Shown piece by piece: positions 15,265 to 24,482 of a stretch of DNA of 64,000 bases. The stretch spans positions 896,001-960,000 of the forward strand of contig CAWGVS010000005.1 in assembly GCA_963826115.1 (NCBI GenBank), written 5' to 3'. Origin of the DNA: an uncultured Candidatus Rokubacteria bacterium. GTDB taxonomy: Bacteria > Methylomirabilota > Methylomirabilia > Rokubacteriales > DASRDR01. The position numbers and the translations under genes are program-made. Positions within the stretch are counted from its first letter, which is position 1. Each line of letters starts with the position of its first letter. Under the pieces are notes generated by a model, which was not told the DNA's origin, searched no databases, and worked only from the letters and a program-made list of their open reading frames with translations.

Positions 15265-15642
15265 ATGATGCGGCTCTGGAAGGTCGTCGTCCTCGTGAAC
15301 CTGGCGCTGGCCCTGGGGATCGGTCTCGGCTACCTCCGGTGGACGCGCGAGGTGCGCGGCCTTCGCGACGAGATCGAACGGCTCCGCGCCGAGGCGGCCC
15401 GCCCGGGCCCGCAGTCGTGGACGGTCCGGGGCATCGTGCGGTCCGTCATCCCGAAGCTGGGCGCGATCTTCCTCACCCACGAGGCCCTACCCGGTCTCAT
15501 GGACGCGATGACGATGGGTTTCGAGGCCGAGGATCCCAAGCTGCTCGACGGTCTCGCGCCCGGCGACTTCGTGCGCTTCACCGTGCGCCGGGACGGAGAG
15601 AAGCTGGTCCTGGTCATGATCGAGAAGGCGCGGACGCCGTGA
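15265..15642 (+). CDS. CusF-like copper-binding protein, membrane anchored
   Basis: THEALPGLMDAMTMGF His/Met motif and GDFVRFTV. Confidence 0.8.
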   Translation: MMRLWKVVVLVNLALALGIGLGYLRWTREVRGLRDEIERLRAEAARPGPQSWTVRGIVRSVIPKLGAIFLTHEALPGLMDAMTMGFEAEDPKLLDGLAPGDFVRFTVRRDGEKLVLVMIEKARTP

Positions 15643-16052
15643 CGGCCCGCTTCTGGGCGGCCGGGCTCGCGCTCGCCGGGGTGGCCGCGGCGGGGGGCGC
15701 GCCGGCCTGGGCGATCCACACCTCGACGGACACGCCGCTCGCGATCGCCCCCGAGGACGTCCAGCGCTACCGGGAGGGGGGCGAGGAGGTCGTCGTGTTC
15801 GACCTGCGCCCGGCGGCCGCGTTCCTGAAGGGTCACCTGCCCCGGGCGCGGTCCTTGCCCCTGGGCGAGATGAAGCGTCGCGAGGCGGAGGTCCCGAGGA
15901 GCGGCCGCGTGGTGCTCTACGCGGGGACGCCCGAGGAGGCCGCGGCGGCCTACCAGCTCCTGCGCGAGGCGGGGCACCGGAACGTCATGGTGCTGGCGGG
16001 CGGGCTGCCGGCCTGGGTGCGGCTCGGCTACCCGATGGAGACCGGGCCGTGA
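15639..16052 (+). CDS. Exported rhodanese-like protein lacking the catalytic Cys
   Basis: DLRPAAAFLKGHLPRA, VVLYAGT (Ala at Cys position), LAGGLPAW; GTGA overlap. Confidence 0.75.
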   Translation: MTARFWAAGLALAGVAAAGGAPAWAIHTSTDTPLAIAPEDVQRYREGGEEVVVFDLRPAAAFLKGHLPRARSLPLGEMKRREAEVPRSGRVVLYAGTPEEAAAAYQLLREAGHRNVMVLAGGLPAWVRLGYPMETGP

Positions 16053-16411
16053 GCGGCGCGCGCGTCCGGCGCTGGACCGCGAGCGTCGCGGCGGCGGCGA
16101 CGCTTGGCCTCGCGGCGGGGGCGGCCGGCCAGGCGCCGGCGGGCGCCGTTCAGGAGCAGCTGCTCCTCGACAACGACACGGTGCGCGTGGCGTTCCTCGT
16201 ATTCCCTCCCGGCGCGGCGTCGGGCGAGCACGTCGGCCTCGACCCGGAGCTCGGCATCGTGCTCGAGGGCGAGCTGACGCTGATCACGGCCGCCGGTCGC
16301 GAGGTGCTGGGCCCGGGCGCGGTGCGGTGGCTGCCGGCGCTCGAGCCGCACGACGCGCGGAACGAAGGGACCGTGCCGCTCAAGCTCTGGGTCGTCCTGG
16401 TCAGGAAGTAG
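16049..16411 (+). CDS. Exported cupin-domain protein
   Basis: Signal peptide; PPGAASGEH, VLEGEL, PHDARNEG. Confidence 0.75.
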   Translation: MSGARVRRWTASVAAAATLGLAAGAAGQAPAGAVQEQLLLDNDTVRVAFLVFPPGAASGEHVGLDPELGIVLEGELTLITAAGREVLGPGAVRWLPALEPHDARNEGTVPLKLWVVLVRK

Positions 16412-16425
16412 CACGGGCCCGTCCG

Positions 16426-16896
16426 TCAGCGCCCGCGGGTGTTCCAGGCCCGCGTGATCAAGTGGTCGACCGAGATGGCGCCGGGCCCCCGCGTCAGCAG
16501 GAACAGGAGGATCGACCCCCAGACCAGGTGCTCGGACCACGCGCTCGGGTACACGAAGAGCTGGATCGTCGCGATCATCCCGAGGAGCGGCAAGGTCGCC
16601 AGGCGCGTCGCCAGCCCGAGGATCAGGAGGGTCGAGCAGGTCAGCTCGAAGCTCGTGGCCATCAGGGCCGCGATCTCCGGCGGGAACCCCGGCAGGCGGT
16701 ACTCGTCCCGGAAGAGGCCGAGCGTCGACTCCCAGCTGGACGCCTTGAGGAGCCCGGCCTTGAGGAACACGCTGGCGACGCCCAGCCGGAACAGGAGCTG
16801 GTGGAGCGAGAGCGGCACGCGGGCCAGTCGATCGAGCCAGCCCGCCACCCCGGGTCGGTGGTCGGTCACGGCGGCCTCGTACGTGGCAGTCATCAT
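16426..16896 (-). CDS. bufD: DoxX-family membrane protein (bufferin cluster)
   Basis: VFLKAGLLK, LFRDEY, LGLATRLATLPLLGM, GPGAISVD; ATGA overlap with DUF2063. Confidence 0.88.
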   Translation of the reverse strand: MMTATYEAAVTDHRPGVAGWLDRLARVPLSLHQLLFRLGVASVFLKAGLLKASSWESTLGLFRDEYRLPGFPPEIAALMATSFELTCSTLLILGLATRLATLPLLGMIATIQLFVYPSAWSEHLVWGSILLFLLTRGPGAISVDHLITRAWNTRGR

Positions 16897-17708
16897 CGGG
16901 AGCCTCCTTCCTCCATGGCCTCGGCGGCCCGAGCGGGATGCGGTGCGACGGTGAATCCCGTGATCAGCGCCTCGTCGAGCAGGGCCCGGAGCGCCGCCGG
17001 GAGGTCGAACACGGGGTTCTGGGCCATCGCGCGGGCGGCGACCGCCTCCAGCGTCTCGCCGCCGCCCAGCCCGGACCGGAACGCGTGCTCGGCCGGCTCG
17101 AGGCGGCGCATCGTCGCGACGTCGTCCTGACGGCGAATCTCGAGCCGCGTCGCTCCGGCGGCGACATCGACCACGCCGTCGGCGTCCGGCTGGTTCGCGT
17201 GCCAGATGCGGTCCACCGGCCAGGGCGAGGCAAGCCACGCGGCCGCGGGATCCAGCCGGAAGACCAGGCGATCCACGTCGTCCGCGGCCACGACGCCGAG
17301 GGCCGCCGGCGAGATCGGGACGGCCTCGTCCGCGTGGAGCGCGACGTTCATCGCCCATTCGAGCCGCGCGACGTCGGCGAGGTACGGGTCGTCTGCGCAC
17401 GGCGGGAAGCTCGCGAGGAAGTCCGGGAACGTGGCGCCGTACTCGAAGAGGCACGGCCCCGCTGGCGGGTGGCTCCGGATGAACCGGTCCGCGGCGAAGC
17501 CGAAAAAGCGGCGGTCCACGAGCCGGCAGACCACCGGGAACGTCGCCTCGAGCGCCTCCGTCAGGCTCGAGAACACGTGGTTCCAGTAGATCTGCACGCG
17601 GGCGGCCGGCGCGAGCCCGTCGCCGACGACGGCGCTCGCCACCTCGCGGGCGTCCTCCCGCCAGATCGACCGCGCGAAGCCCGCCTGGAGCTCAGGCAGC
17701 GTGGGCAT
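16893..17708 (-). CDS. bufC: DUF2063 MNIO partner protein
   Basis: LPELQAGF, RVQIYWN, LEATFPVV, EYGATFPDFL, YLADVARLEWA. Confidence 0.88.
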   Translation of the reverse strand: MPTLPELQAGFARSIWREDAREVASAVVGDGLAPAARVQIYWNHVFSSLTEALEATFPVVCRLVDRRFFGFAADRFIRSHPPAGPCLFEYGATFPDFLASFPPCADDPYLADVARLEWAMNVALHADEAVPISPAALGVVAADDVDRLVFRLDPAAAWLASPWPVDRIWHANQPDADGVVDVAAGATRLEIRRQDDVATMRRLEPAEHAFRSGLGGGETLEAVAARAMAQNPVFDLPAALRALLDEALITGFTVAPHPARAAEAMEEGGSR

Positions 17709-18552
17709 CGCGCGTCGCGTGGAGGAGCCGGGCGTCGGCTTGCCGGGCCTCTCCCATCAGGGTGTCGAGCGGCGGAATGGCGGTGTCCCACTCGACGAGG
17801 GTCGGGCGCGGGCCGAAGCGGCGGAGCGCCTCCTCGTAGAGTGCCCACACCGCCGGGCTGACCGGCGAGCCGTGGTCGTCGATCAGGATCGGCCGGCCGT
17901 CCGTCTCGTTCACGGAGTGGCCGGCGACGTGGATCTCCCCCACCGCGCCGGCGGGGAGCGCGGCCAGGTACGCGCGGGCGTCGAGGCCGAGGTTCTCCGC
18001 CGTGACGTGGATGTTGTTCACGTCGCAGAGGAGGCCGCAGCCCGTCCGGCCGGCGAGGGCCGCCAGGAACTCGGGCTCCGGGATCGTCGAGCCGGCGAAC
18101 CGGAGGTAGCCGGATGGATTCTCGACGAGGATCCGGCGGCCGAGGGCCGTCTGGATCTCGTCCACGTTCCGGCATACCGCGTCGAGCGACTCCTCTGTGT
18201 ACGGCAGCGGGAGGAGATGGTTCAGGTAGGCGCCGCCCGCCTGGCTCCACGCCAGGTGCTCCGACACCATGGCCGGCTCGAAGCGGTCCACGAGACCCTT
18301 CAGCCGGCCGAGGTGGCGGCGGTCCACTCCGGCGGCGCTCCCGACCGACAGACCGACCGCGTGGAACGACAGCGGGTACTCGCCGCGGATCGCCTCGAGC
18401 GACCGGACCGCGGGGCCGCCGCCGAGGTAGTTCTCCGGATGGACCTCGACCCAGGACAGCGCGGGACGGGTGGCCTGGACCTCGGCGACGTGCGGGCTCC
18501 GGAGCCCGATTCCGGCCCGCGCCGGAAGCCCCTGCCCGCCGTTCAAGGTCAC
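17692..18552 (-). CDS. bufB: DUF692 multinuclear non-heme iron oxidative enzyme (MNIO)
   Basis: GIGLRSPH, EVHPENY, VSEHLAW, ENPSGY, LLCDVNN, EIHVAGH, IDDHG, LVEWD. Confidence 0.93.
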   Translation of the reverse strand: MTLNGGQGLPARAGIGLRSPHVAEVQATRPALSWVEVHPENYLGGGPAVRSLEAIRGEYPLSFHAVGLSVGSAAGVDRRHLGRLKGLVDRFEPAMVSEHLAWSQAGGAYLNHLLPLPYTEESLDAVCRNVDEIQTALGRRILVENPSGYLRFAGSTIPEPEFLAALAGRTGCGLLCDVNNIHVTAENLGLDARAYLAALPAGAVGEIHVAGHSVNETDGRPILIDDHGSPVSPAVWALYEEALRRFGPRPTLVEWDTAIPPLDTLMGEARQADARLLHATRDAHAA

Positions 18553-18862
18553 GCCACCCGTCCTCGCCGCCTGGAAGGGCTGGTTAGGCGCGGGGCTGCA
18601 TGCTGCCGTTGACGAGCCGCGCGCAGGTGCCCTTCGGGACGTACACCCAGGCGTCCTTCTGGCCGTCCCGCTTGGACGTTCCCGCGCACGAGGAGTTCGC
18701 GGTCTGGCAGTCGTTCTTGGCGGCCTTCGCGATGCCGAAGCACTTCTCGGCCTCGAACTTCGGGGCCGGGGCCGGCTGGGCGCCGGTGATGGCGGGCACC
18801 GCGATCGCGGCGGCGATGGCGGAGGCGAGGAAGAGTCGCGTGTTCATCGGGTCATCTCCTTC
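18466..18862. repeat. ~400 bp duplicated segment, copy A (bufA plus 5' end of DUF692 gene)
   Basis: Aligns by eye with 21940-22337 at offset 3474. Confidence 0.9.
18584..18847 (-). CDS. bufA: Bufferin-type (DUF2282) precursor, copy 1
   Basis: Sec signal peptide plus [14 protein letters not shown]...SCAG...WVYVPKGTC (4 Cys); AGGAG RBS. Confidence 0.9.
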   Translation of the reverse strand: MNTRLFLASAIAAAIAVPAITGAQPAPAPKFEAEKCFGIAKAAKNDCQTANSSCAGTSKRDGQKDAWVYVPKGTCARLVNGSMQPRA

Positions 18863-19083
18863 CGACGGCTAAGGGTTGTGTGTGCTCCGCTCCCCGGTCC
18901 GGTGGCCGCGGCGGCACGCGCCGGCTCCCCGGACTGGCGAGCCACCTTCTTTGACACGCGGACCAGCCCTCCCGGTTCGCGCCCCGGGAGAGCGTAGCGG
19001 GGTTCCGGCGGGGAGCCGGACGGGCTGGGCCGGCCGATGGCCCGACCAGGGGTCGCGCCAGGATCGTGCAAGCGTCGCGATCG

Positions 19084-19761
19084 CTACGCCGCAAACCGGT
19101 ACCCCTGACCGTGCACGGTCAGGATGTGCTCGGGCCGCTCGGGGTCGCGCTCGAACTTCTGGCGCAGCCGGAGAACGTGGGTGTCCACCGTCCGCGTCGT
19201 GGGGAAGCGCTCGTACCCCCAGACCTCGTCGAGCAGACGCTCGCGGGTGAGGATCTCCCCCGGATGCTCGACCAGATAGCGCAGCAGGTCGAACTCCTTG
19301 CGCGTGAGCCGGACCTCGCTCCCGGCGCGGAAGGCCTGGCGCGCCCGCAGGTGGACCCGGATGTCCGAGAACTGGAAGACGTCCATGCGCTGCCGCGGGC
19401 CGGGCCGCCGGAGGACCGCGCGGACTCGCGCGAGGAGCTCGCGCAGCGAGAACGGCTTCGTGATGTAGTCGTCCGCCCCCAGCTCGAGCCCCAGGACGCG
19501 GTCCGCCTCCTCCCCGCGCGCCGTGAGCATCACGACCGGGATGTCGATTCCCTTCCGGCGGAGCGCGCGGAGGACGTCCCAGCCGCTCGAGCCCGGCATG
19601 GCGACGTCGAGAAGGATGAGGTCCGGCCCCTCGCGGAACGCGAGGTCGAGGCCCTCCTGTCCGGACACCGCGGCCAGAGTCTGGTAGCCCTCGAACCGGA
19701 GGTTGTCCTCGAGCCCCCGCACCATCGCGGGCTCGTCGTCGACGATCAGGATGCGCGGCAT
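19084..19761 (-). CDS. OmpR-family response regulator
   Basis: ILIVDDE, DLILLDVAMP, GADDYITKPF, TRTVDTHVLRLR, GQGYRF. Confidence 0.93.
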   Translation of the reverse strand: MPRILIVDDEPAMVRGLEDNLRFEGYQTLAAVSGQEGLDLAFREGPDLILLDVAMPGSSGWDVLRALRRKGIDIPVVMLTARGEEADRVLGLELGADDYITKPFSLRELLARVRAVLRRPGPRQRMDVFQFSDIRVHLRARQAFRAGSEVRLTRKEFDLLRYLVEHPGEILTRERLLDEVWGYERFPTTRTVDTHVLRLRQKFERDPERPEHILTVHGQGYRFAA

Positions 19762-19771
19762 GAGGAGGCGT

Positions 19772-21310
19772 TCAATGCGGTCGGGCCGCCGGCGGGGGGC
19801 CGGGAAGCCAGAGCGTGAAGCGGCTCCCTCCGCCCGGCTGGCTGTCCACGCTGACCCGCCCTCCGTGCGCGTGCGCCACGTGCCGGACCAGCGCGAGCCC
19901 GACCCCGCTCCCGCGCCGGCCCTGGGTCTCGCTCCGCCCCACGCGGTAGAACTTGTCGAAGATCCGCCCATGCTCCTCCCCGGGGATGCCGATACCCTCG
20001 TCGCCCACGGTGATCGCGACGCCGCCGTCCCGCGGGGCCGCCTCCACCGTGAGGACCTTCCGCGTCGCGGAGTACTTGATCGCGTTGTCGATCAGGTTCG
20101 CGAGCGCCTGGCCGACGGCGTCGACGTCGATCGGCACCTCGGGCAGGTCGGGCTGGATCGCCACGTCCACCTTGAACCCCTGCCGGGCCAGGACGTAGGC
20201 GAAGCTCTCGACCGTGTCCCGGACGAGGGCCTCCACGCTCGCCGGCACCAGGTCGTAGGTGCGCCGGCCGCCCTCGATGCGCGAGAAGTCGAGGACGTTC
20301 TCGATGAGCCGGGACAGCCGCTCGCTCTCGCGGGTGATGACCTGGTAGTACTCGTGGCGCGTCTTCTCGTCGCTCACGCGTCCCATCTCGAGCGTCTCGC
20401 CGAATACCCGGATCAGGGCGAGCGGCGTCTTGAGGTCGTGCGAGACGTTGGCGACGAACTCGGCCTTGAGGCGCGCCGTCTCGGTCTCGCGCCGGACCAG
20501 CCGGTACGTCGCGAGCACGCCGATGGCGATCACCACCAGGAGGAGACCGAATGCGAGGCTGAAGAGCACCACCTGACGATCGATGGCCGCCTGCGGGGAG
20601 ACCCCCGCCGGCTGGTCGAGGGCGAGCCGCCACGCGGGCAGCGCCTCGCTGAGCGGCACCGCCACGACGGCCTCCGCCGGCCCGGCGCCCGCCCGCCGGA
20701 AGACCGGCTGGTCGCGATGGTCGGTGACCGTGAGGAGCGGCACCTCGGGCCCGCCCAGGGCCGGCTCGAGGACGTCCCGCCGGATGACGGTCGGGTCGAG
20801 CACCATCAGGGCGAGGAAGGCCGGGTTGCCCCCGCGGCGGACCAGGCAACCCACCACCAGGTCGTCACCGACGACCCGGTGCGCCTTGCCGCCCTCCCGC
20901 CACACGGACCGCCCGAGGTCGTCGAGCGGCCCCTCGAGGGCCAGCCCCGCCGGCGCCCCGCCGCTCGGGTAGACGGCGCGGCCGGCCCGGTCGAAGAGGG
21001 CGAGCCGGGCGATGAGTGGGGTGTCCGCCAGCAGGGCGTCCACCGCGTCGGCGGCAATGGCGCCGCTTCGCGCCGCCGCCTCGAGGCGCCCCATGACCGC
21101 GTACTCCGCGCTGCGGAGCCTCAGGTCGACCTTCTCCGCGACCATGATGGCCATGCTCCGGGACTGCTCCCGGAAGAGCTCGTCGGCGGACCGGCGCCAC
21201 TGGCGGAGCGAGTGGTAGCCGAGAACGGCCAGGACCACGGCGGGCACCCCGATGGCGACGAGCGCGAAGGCCGTGAAGCGGACCCAGGGCGAGCCGCGCC
21301 CTCCCATCAT
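19772..21310 (-). CDS. Membrane sensor histidine kinase
   Basis: Two TM segments, H-box FVANVSHDLKTPL, NLIDNAIKYS, DEGIGI, GVGLAL. Confidence 0.93.
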   Translation of the reverse strand: MMGGRGSPWVRFTAFALVAIGVPAVVLAVLGYHSLRQWRRSADELFREQSRSMAIMVAEKVDLRLRSAEYAVMGRLEAAARSGAIAADAVDALLADTPLIARLALFDRAGRAVYPSGGAPAGLALEGPLDDLGRSVWREGGKAHRVVGDDLVVGCLVRRGGNPAFLALMVLDPTVIRRDVLEPALGGPEVPLLTVTDHRDQPVFRRAGAGPAEAVVAVPLSEALPAWRLALDQPAGVSPQAAIDRQVVLFSLAFGLLLVVIAIGVLATYRLVRRETETARLKAEFVANVSHDLKTPLALIRVFGETLEMGRVSDEKTRHEYYQVITRESERLSRLIENVLDFSRIEGGRRTYDLVPASVEALVRDTVESFAYVLARQGFKVDVAIQPDLPEVPIDVDAVGQALANLIDNAIKYSATRKVLTVEAAPRDGGVAITVGDEGIGIPGEEHGRIFDKFYRVGRSETQGRRGSGVGLALVRHVAHAHGGRVSVDSQPGGGSRFTLWLPGPPPAARPH

Positions 21311-21858
21311 CCCCGCTCGTCGAGGAGCCGGCGGATCATCGCCTCCGTCTCGGTGTAGGCCCCTTCCCCGATGTGCGTGTGGCGGATCACTCCACGGCGG
21401 TCCACGAGGACCGTGGTCGGCCACGCCCACGTCCGAAAGCGCTTCCAGATCGCGAAGTCGTTGTCCTGGACGACGGGATAGCGGATGCCGAGCTCCCGGA
21501 CGGCGCCTGCCACGCGGTCATGCGAGCGCTCCCAGAGGAACTCCGGGGAGTGGACGCCGACGATCGTGAGCCCCGACTCGCCGTACCGCTCGTGCCAGCC
21601 CCGCAACTGCGGGATCACGTTCTTGCAGTTGATTCAGCCGTAGGTCCAGAACTCGACCAGGACCACGCGCCCGCGGAGACTGCCGAGCGACAGTGGCTCG
21701 CTGTTGATCCAGGGACCGCCGGCGATCTCCGGCGCGGGCTGGCCGATCCCGGCCCCCCGCTGGCCGTCGGCGTGGGACGGCCAGAGAGCCCCCGCCGTGA
21801 TCGCCGCCACGAGCGCGACCAGCCCGATGGCCCAGCTGAGAGCCGCTCCTCGTTGCAT
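21307..21858 (-). CDS. Membrane-anchored DipZ-like thioredoxin, probable selenoprotein (UxxC)
   Basis: GAGG RBS and ATG 21858; FWTYG-TGA(21636-21634)-INCKNVIPQL continues in frame to GVHSPEF...WAWPTTVLVD; homologues have FWTxxCINC. Confidence 0.85.
21599..21614 (-). promoter_or_regulatory. Putative bacterial SECIS hairpin
   Basis: UCCCGC-AGUU-GCGGGG; loop begins 25 nt after the UGA. Confidence 0.65.
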
Positions 21859-21879
21859 CGTCGACACCTCTCGGATGCG

Positions 21880-21925
21880 AGTGTACCGAGGGGCCACGCC
21901 CGCGATGTCACGACGGTGTGAGATC
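21880..21925 (-). promoter_or_regulatory. Putative response-regulator box plus -10 of the thioredoxin/TCS operon
   Basis: GATCTCACA-ccgtcg-TGACA then 20 nt to TACACT; near-identical box at 22408-22427. Confidence 0.55.
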
Positions 21926-21939
21926 CGCCCCGGCGCCCA

Positions 21940-22026
21940 ACGGGTGGCGCGAGCCTCGGTGACGCGCGGGCCGGGGAGCCCGATCCCGGCCCGCGCCGGA
22001 AGCCCCTGCCCGCCGTTCAAGGTCAC
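21940..22026 (-). pseudogene. 5' remnant of the DUF692 gene
   Basis: MTLNGGQGLPARAGIGLPGPRVTEARATR versus intact MTLNGGQGLPARAGIGLRSPHVAEVQATR. Confidence 0.75.
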
Positions 22027-22057
22027 GCCACCCGTCCACGCCGCCTGGACGGACCGC

Positions 22058-22321
22058 CTACGCGCGCGGCTGCATACTGCCGTTGACGATCCGGTCGCAG
22101 GTGCCCTTCGGGACGTACACCCAGGCGTCCTTCTGGCCGTCCCGCTTGGACGTCCCCGCGCACGAGGAGTTTGCGGTCTGGCAGTCGTTCTTGGCGGCCT
22201 TCGCGACGCCGTAGCACTTCTCGGCCTCGAACTTCGGGGCCGGGGCCGGCTGGGCGCCGGTGATGGCGGGGACCGCGATCGCCGCGGCGATGGCGGAGGC
22301 GAGGAAGAGTCGCGTGTTCAT
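22058..22321 (-). CDS. bufA: Bufferin-type (DUF2282) precursor, copy 2
   Basis: 87 aa, four substitutions versus copy 1 (CYGV/CFGI, DRI/ARL); AAGGAGG RBS. Confidence 0.9.
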   Translation of the reverse strand: MNTRLFLASAIAAAIAVPAITGAQPAPAPKFEAEKCYGVAKAAKNDCQTANSSCAGTSKRDGQKDAWVYVPKGTCDRIVNGSMQPRA

Positions 22322-22382
22322 CGGGTCATCCTCCTTCGATCTGATGAGAGGTTCTTCGAGCCGTGGAGCGCTCCACGGCCGC

Positions 22383-22427
22383 AGTATGGCGCGGGGGGAA
22401 GTGGAGGTGTCACGAGCGTGTGAAATC
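22383..22427 (-). promoter_or_regulatory. Putative response-regulator box plus -10 of bufA copy 2
   Basis: GATTTCACA-cgctcg-TGACA then 19 nt to CATACT. Confidence 0.55.
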
Positions 22428-22452
22428 TCGCGCCTCGTGCCGGGCCGCCCGG

Positions 22453-24303
22453 CTAGCCGAGCAGGGCGACGATGGCTTCCTCGTCGGCGGCCCCGAGGGC
22501 GGTCAGGCGGAGCCGCACGGCGCCGGGTCCGTCGGAGGCCATGACCTTCGCGTAGATGGCCTCCGATGTCCGGTCGAGCGGCGGGGGGTACCGGAGCTGC
22601 AGCTTGACGTTGGTCAGGGGGGCCAGCGGCTCCCCGAGGGTCGCCTCGACGTCCCGCCGGCCGAGCCGCACGACCCGTCCCGCGATCGGGTCCGGCCGCA
22701 CGACCTTGCCGTCGATGACCCAGCACACGAGCGGGAGCTCCACGGCCACGAGCCGGGCAGCCTCCTCCGGCTCGGTGGGCAGGTCGCGGGCGAACCGGCC
22801 GCCGAGACCGCGCAGCTCGTGTAGCACGAGGGGCTCGGAGAGTCCCTTGACCTCGACGGCCACCGGCGGGCCCACGCGCGCCAAATCGCCCAGCTCGGCC
22901 AGCGTCCGCGCGGTCAGCAGCACCTGGCCGCCCACGGTGGCGCTCTCGACGCGGCTCGCGATGTTGACGGCGCTGCCCACCACGGCGTACTTCGCCCGCT
23001 GCTCCGAGCCGATGTTCCCCACCACGGCCTCCCCCGTGTGAAGGCCGATGCCCATCTCGAACGCGGGCAGCCCTGCCCGGGCGTGCTCGGCGTTGACCTC
23101 GACCAGGGCGGCCTGCATCGCGAGCGCGGTGGCGGCCGCCCGCTCGGCGTGGTCCGGATGGGGTACCGGGGCCCCGTACACGGCGAAGATCGCGTCGCCG
23201 ATGAACTCGTTGATGGTGCCGCCGTGCGCGATGACGACCTCGGCCATGCGCGCCAGGTAGCCGTTCAGGATCTCCATCACTTGCTCGGGGTCGCCCTTCT
23301 CGGCGAAGCGCGTGTAGCCTCGGAGGTCGGACATCAGCACGGTGACGACCCGCTTCGTGCCACCGAAGCGGAGGCCTTCGGGCGACTCGAGGAGCGCCTG
23401 GGCAACCTCCGGCGAGACGTAGCGGCCGAACGCCGAGCGGATGAAGTCGCGCTGGCGGAGCCCGTCGAGCATGGAGTTGAAGGCTTGCATGAGGCGGCCC
23501 ATCTCGTCTCGCGACGTCACGACGAGGGGCTCGGAGAGGTCGCCGCCCGCGACGCGGGAGACTCCGCCCGTGAGGAGCGCGATGGGGCGCGTCAGCCGGC
23601 GCAGGACGAGCAAGCCGAGGACGAGCGTGGCCACGGCCCCCAAGCCGCTGGCGAACAGGAGGCTGTTCCGGAGCTCGTGCAGGCGGTCCAGGTAGATCTC
23701 GACCGGGTAGGTGACGTGGAGAAGGGCGCCGGGCCGCCCCTGGGGGTCGAGGACGGGCGCGAAGGCCGAGATCCAGAGCCGGCCCTGGTCGCGATAGACG
23801 CGCGTGTAGCGCGCCACACCGTCGCCGAGCGTCCAGCCCATCGGCTCGACCAGCTCCGGCGGGAGCGGATAGGGGTCGCCCGGCCGCCCGGAACCGCTGC
23901 TGGCGAGCACCAGGCGTGCCATCCGTGTCGCGGGCTGGAGGTCCACCAGCGTGGTGATCGGGCTCGTCAGGAGGGTCTCATCCTGGATGGCTCCGAGCGT
24001 CTGGCGGAGGCGCAGGTAGGCCGGCGAGTCGGTCGAGCGGGACGCGTCGACCTCCGCGTGGAGCCGGGGGTCGAGCTGGAGGGCCGCGACGCGCGCGATG
24101 TTGAGGAGCTGCGTCCCGACCGAGTCCTCGACCTCGCGCTGCTGACGCGTGTAGGTCAGGACGCCGACCGCCCCGACCGCCAGGAACGTGACCGCGGCGA
24201 AGAACGCGGCGAGACGGACGCTCAGCCGCTGCCACGGCCGGAGAGGGGGCGGCGCGCTAACCGGCGGTCCCGGCGTGGCCGGGCTCACCTCTGGGCTCGT
24301 CAT
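22453..24303 (-). CDS. Class III adenylate/guanylate cyclase with two TM segments and HAMP
   Basis: [47 protein letters not shown]. Confidence 0.9.
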   Translation of the reverse strand: MTSPEVSPATPGPPVSAPPPLRPWQRLSVRLAAFFAAVTFLAVGAVGVLTYTRQQREVEDSVGTQLLNIARVAALQLDPRLHAEVDASRSTDSPAYLRLRQTLGAIQDETLLTSPITTLVDLQPATRMARLVLASSGSGRPGDPYPLPPELVEPMGWTLGDGVARYTRVYRDQGRLWISAFAPVLDPQGRPGALLHVTYPVEIYLDRLHELRNSLLFASGLGAVATLVLGLLVLRRLTRPIALLTGGVSRVAGGDLSEPLVVTSRDEMGRLMQAFNSMLDGLRQRDFIRSAFGRYVSPEVAQALLESPEGLRFGGTKRVVTVLMSDLRGYTRFAEKGDPEQVMEILNGYLARMAEVVIAHGGTINEFIGDAIFAVYGAPVPHPDHAERAAATALAMQAALVEVNAEHARAGLPAFEMGIGLHTGEAVVGNIGSEQRAKYAVVGSAVNIASRVESATVGGQVLLTARTLAELGDLARVGPPVAVEVKGLSEPLVLHELRGLGGRFARDLPTEPEEAARLVAVELPLVCWVIDGKVVRPDPIAGRVVRLGRRDVEATLGEPLAPLTNVKLQLRYPPPLDRTSEAIYAKVMASDGPGAVRLRLTALGAADEEAIVALLG

Positions 24304-24482
24304 CGCGCCCTAGGATGCGCCGCGGCCGGCTTACGGTCCACTGCCGGGCGGGAGGCGGGCCCGGGGCCTCGAGACCGGGCCGGCCCGGGAGTTCGGACCC
24401 CGCTCCCGCGATGCGGTATCCTTGGCCCTGTGGGCCTTCGAGGCCCGGACGTAGGAGCAATCGTCACCGCGGGAGGACATGC

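Larger units (their letters stand above)
21940..22337. repeat. ~400 bp duplicated segment, copy B
   Basis: Aligns with 18466-18862. Confidence 0.9.

Noticed and set aside
21634-22026. Genuine MNIO-thioredoxin fusion starting at 22026
   Set aside because: The stub is degenerate, and a promoter-like element, RBS and signal-anchor start at 21858 explain the gene better.
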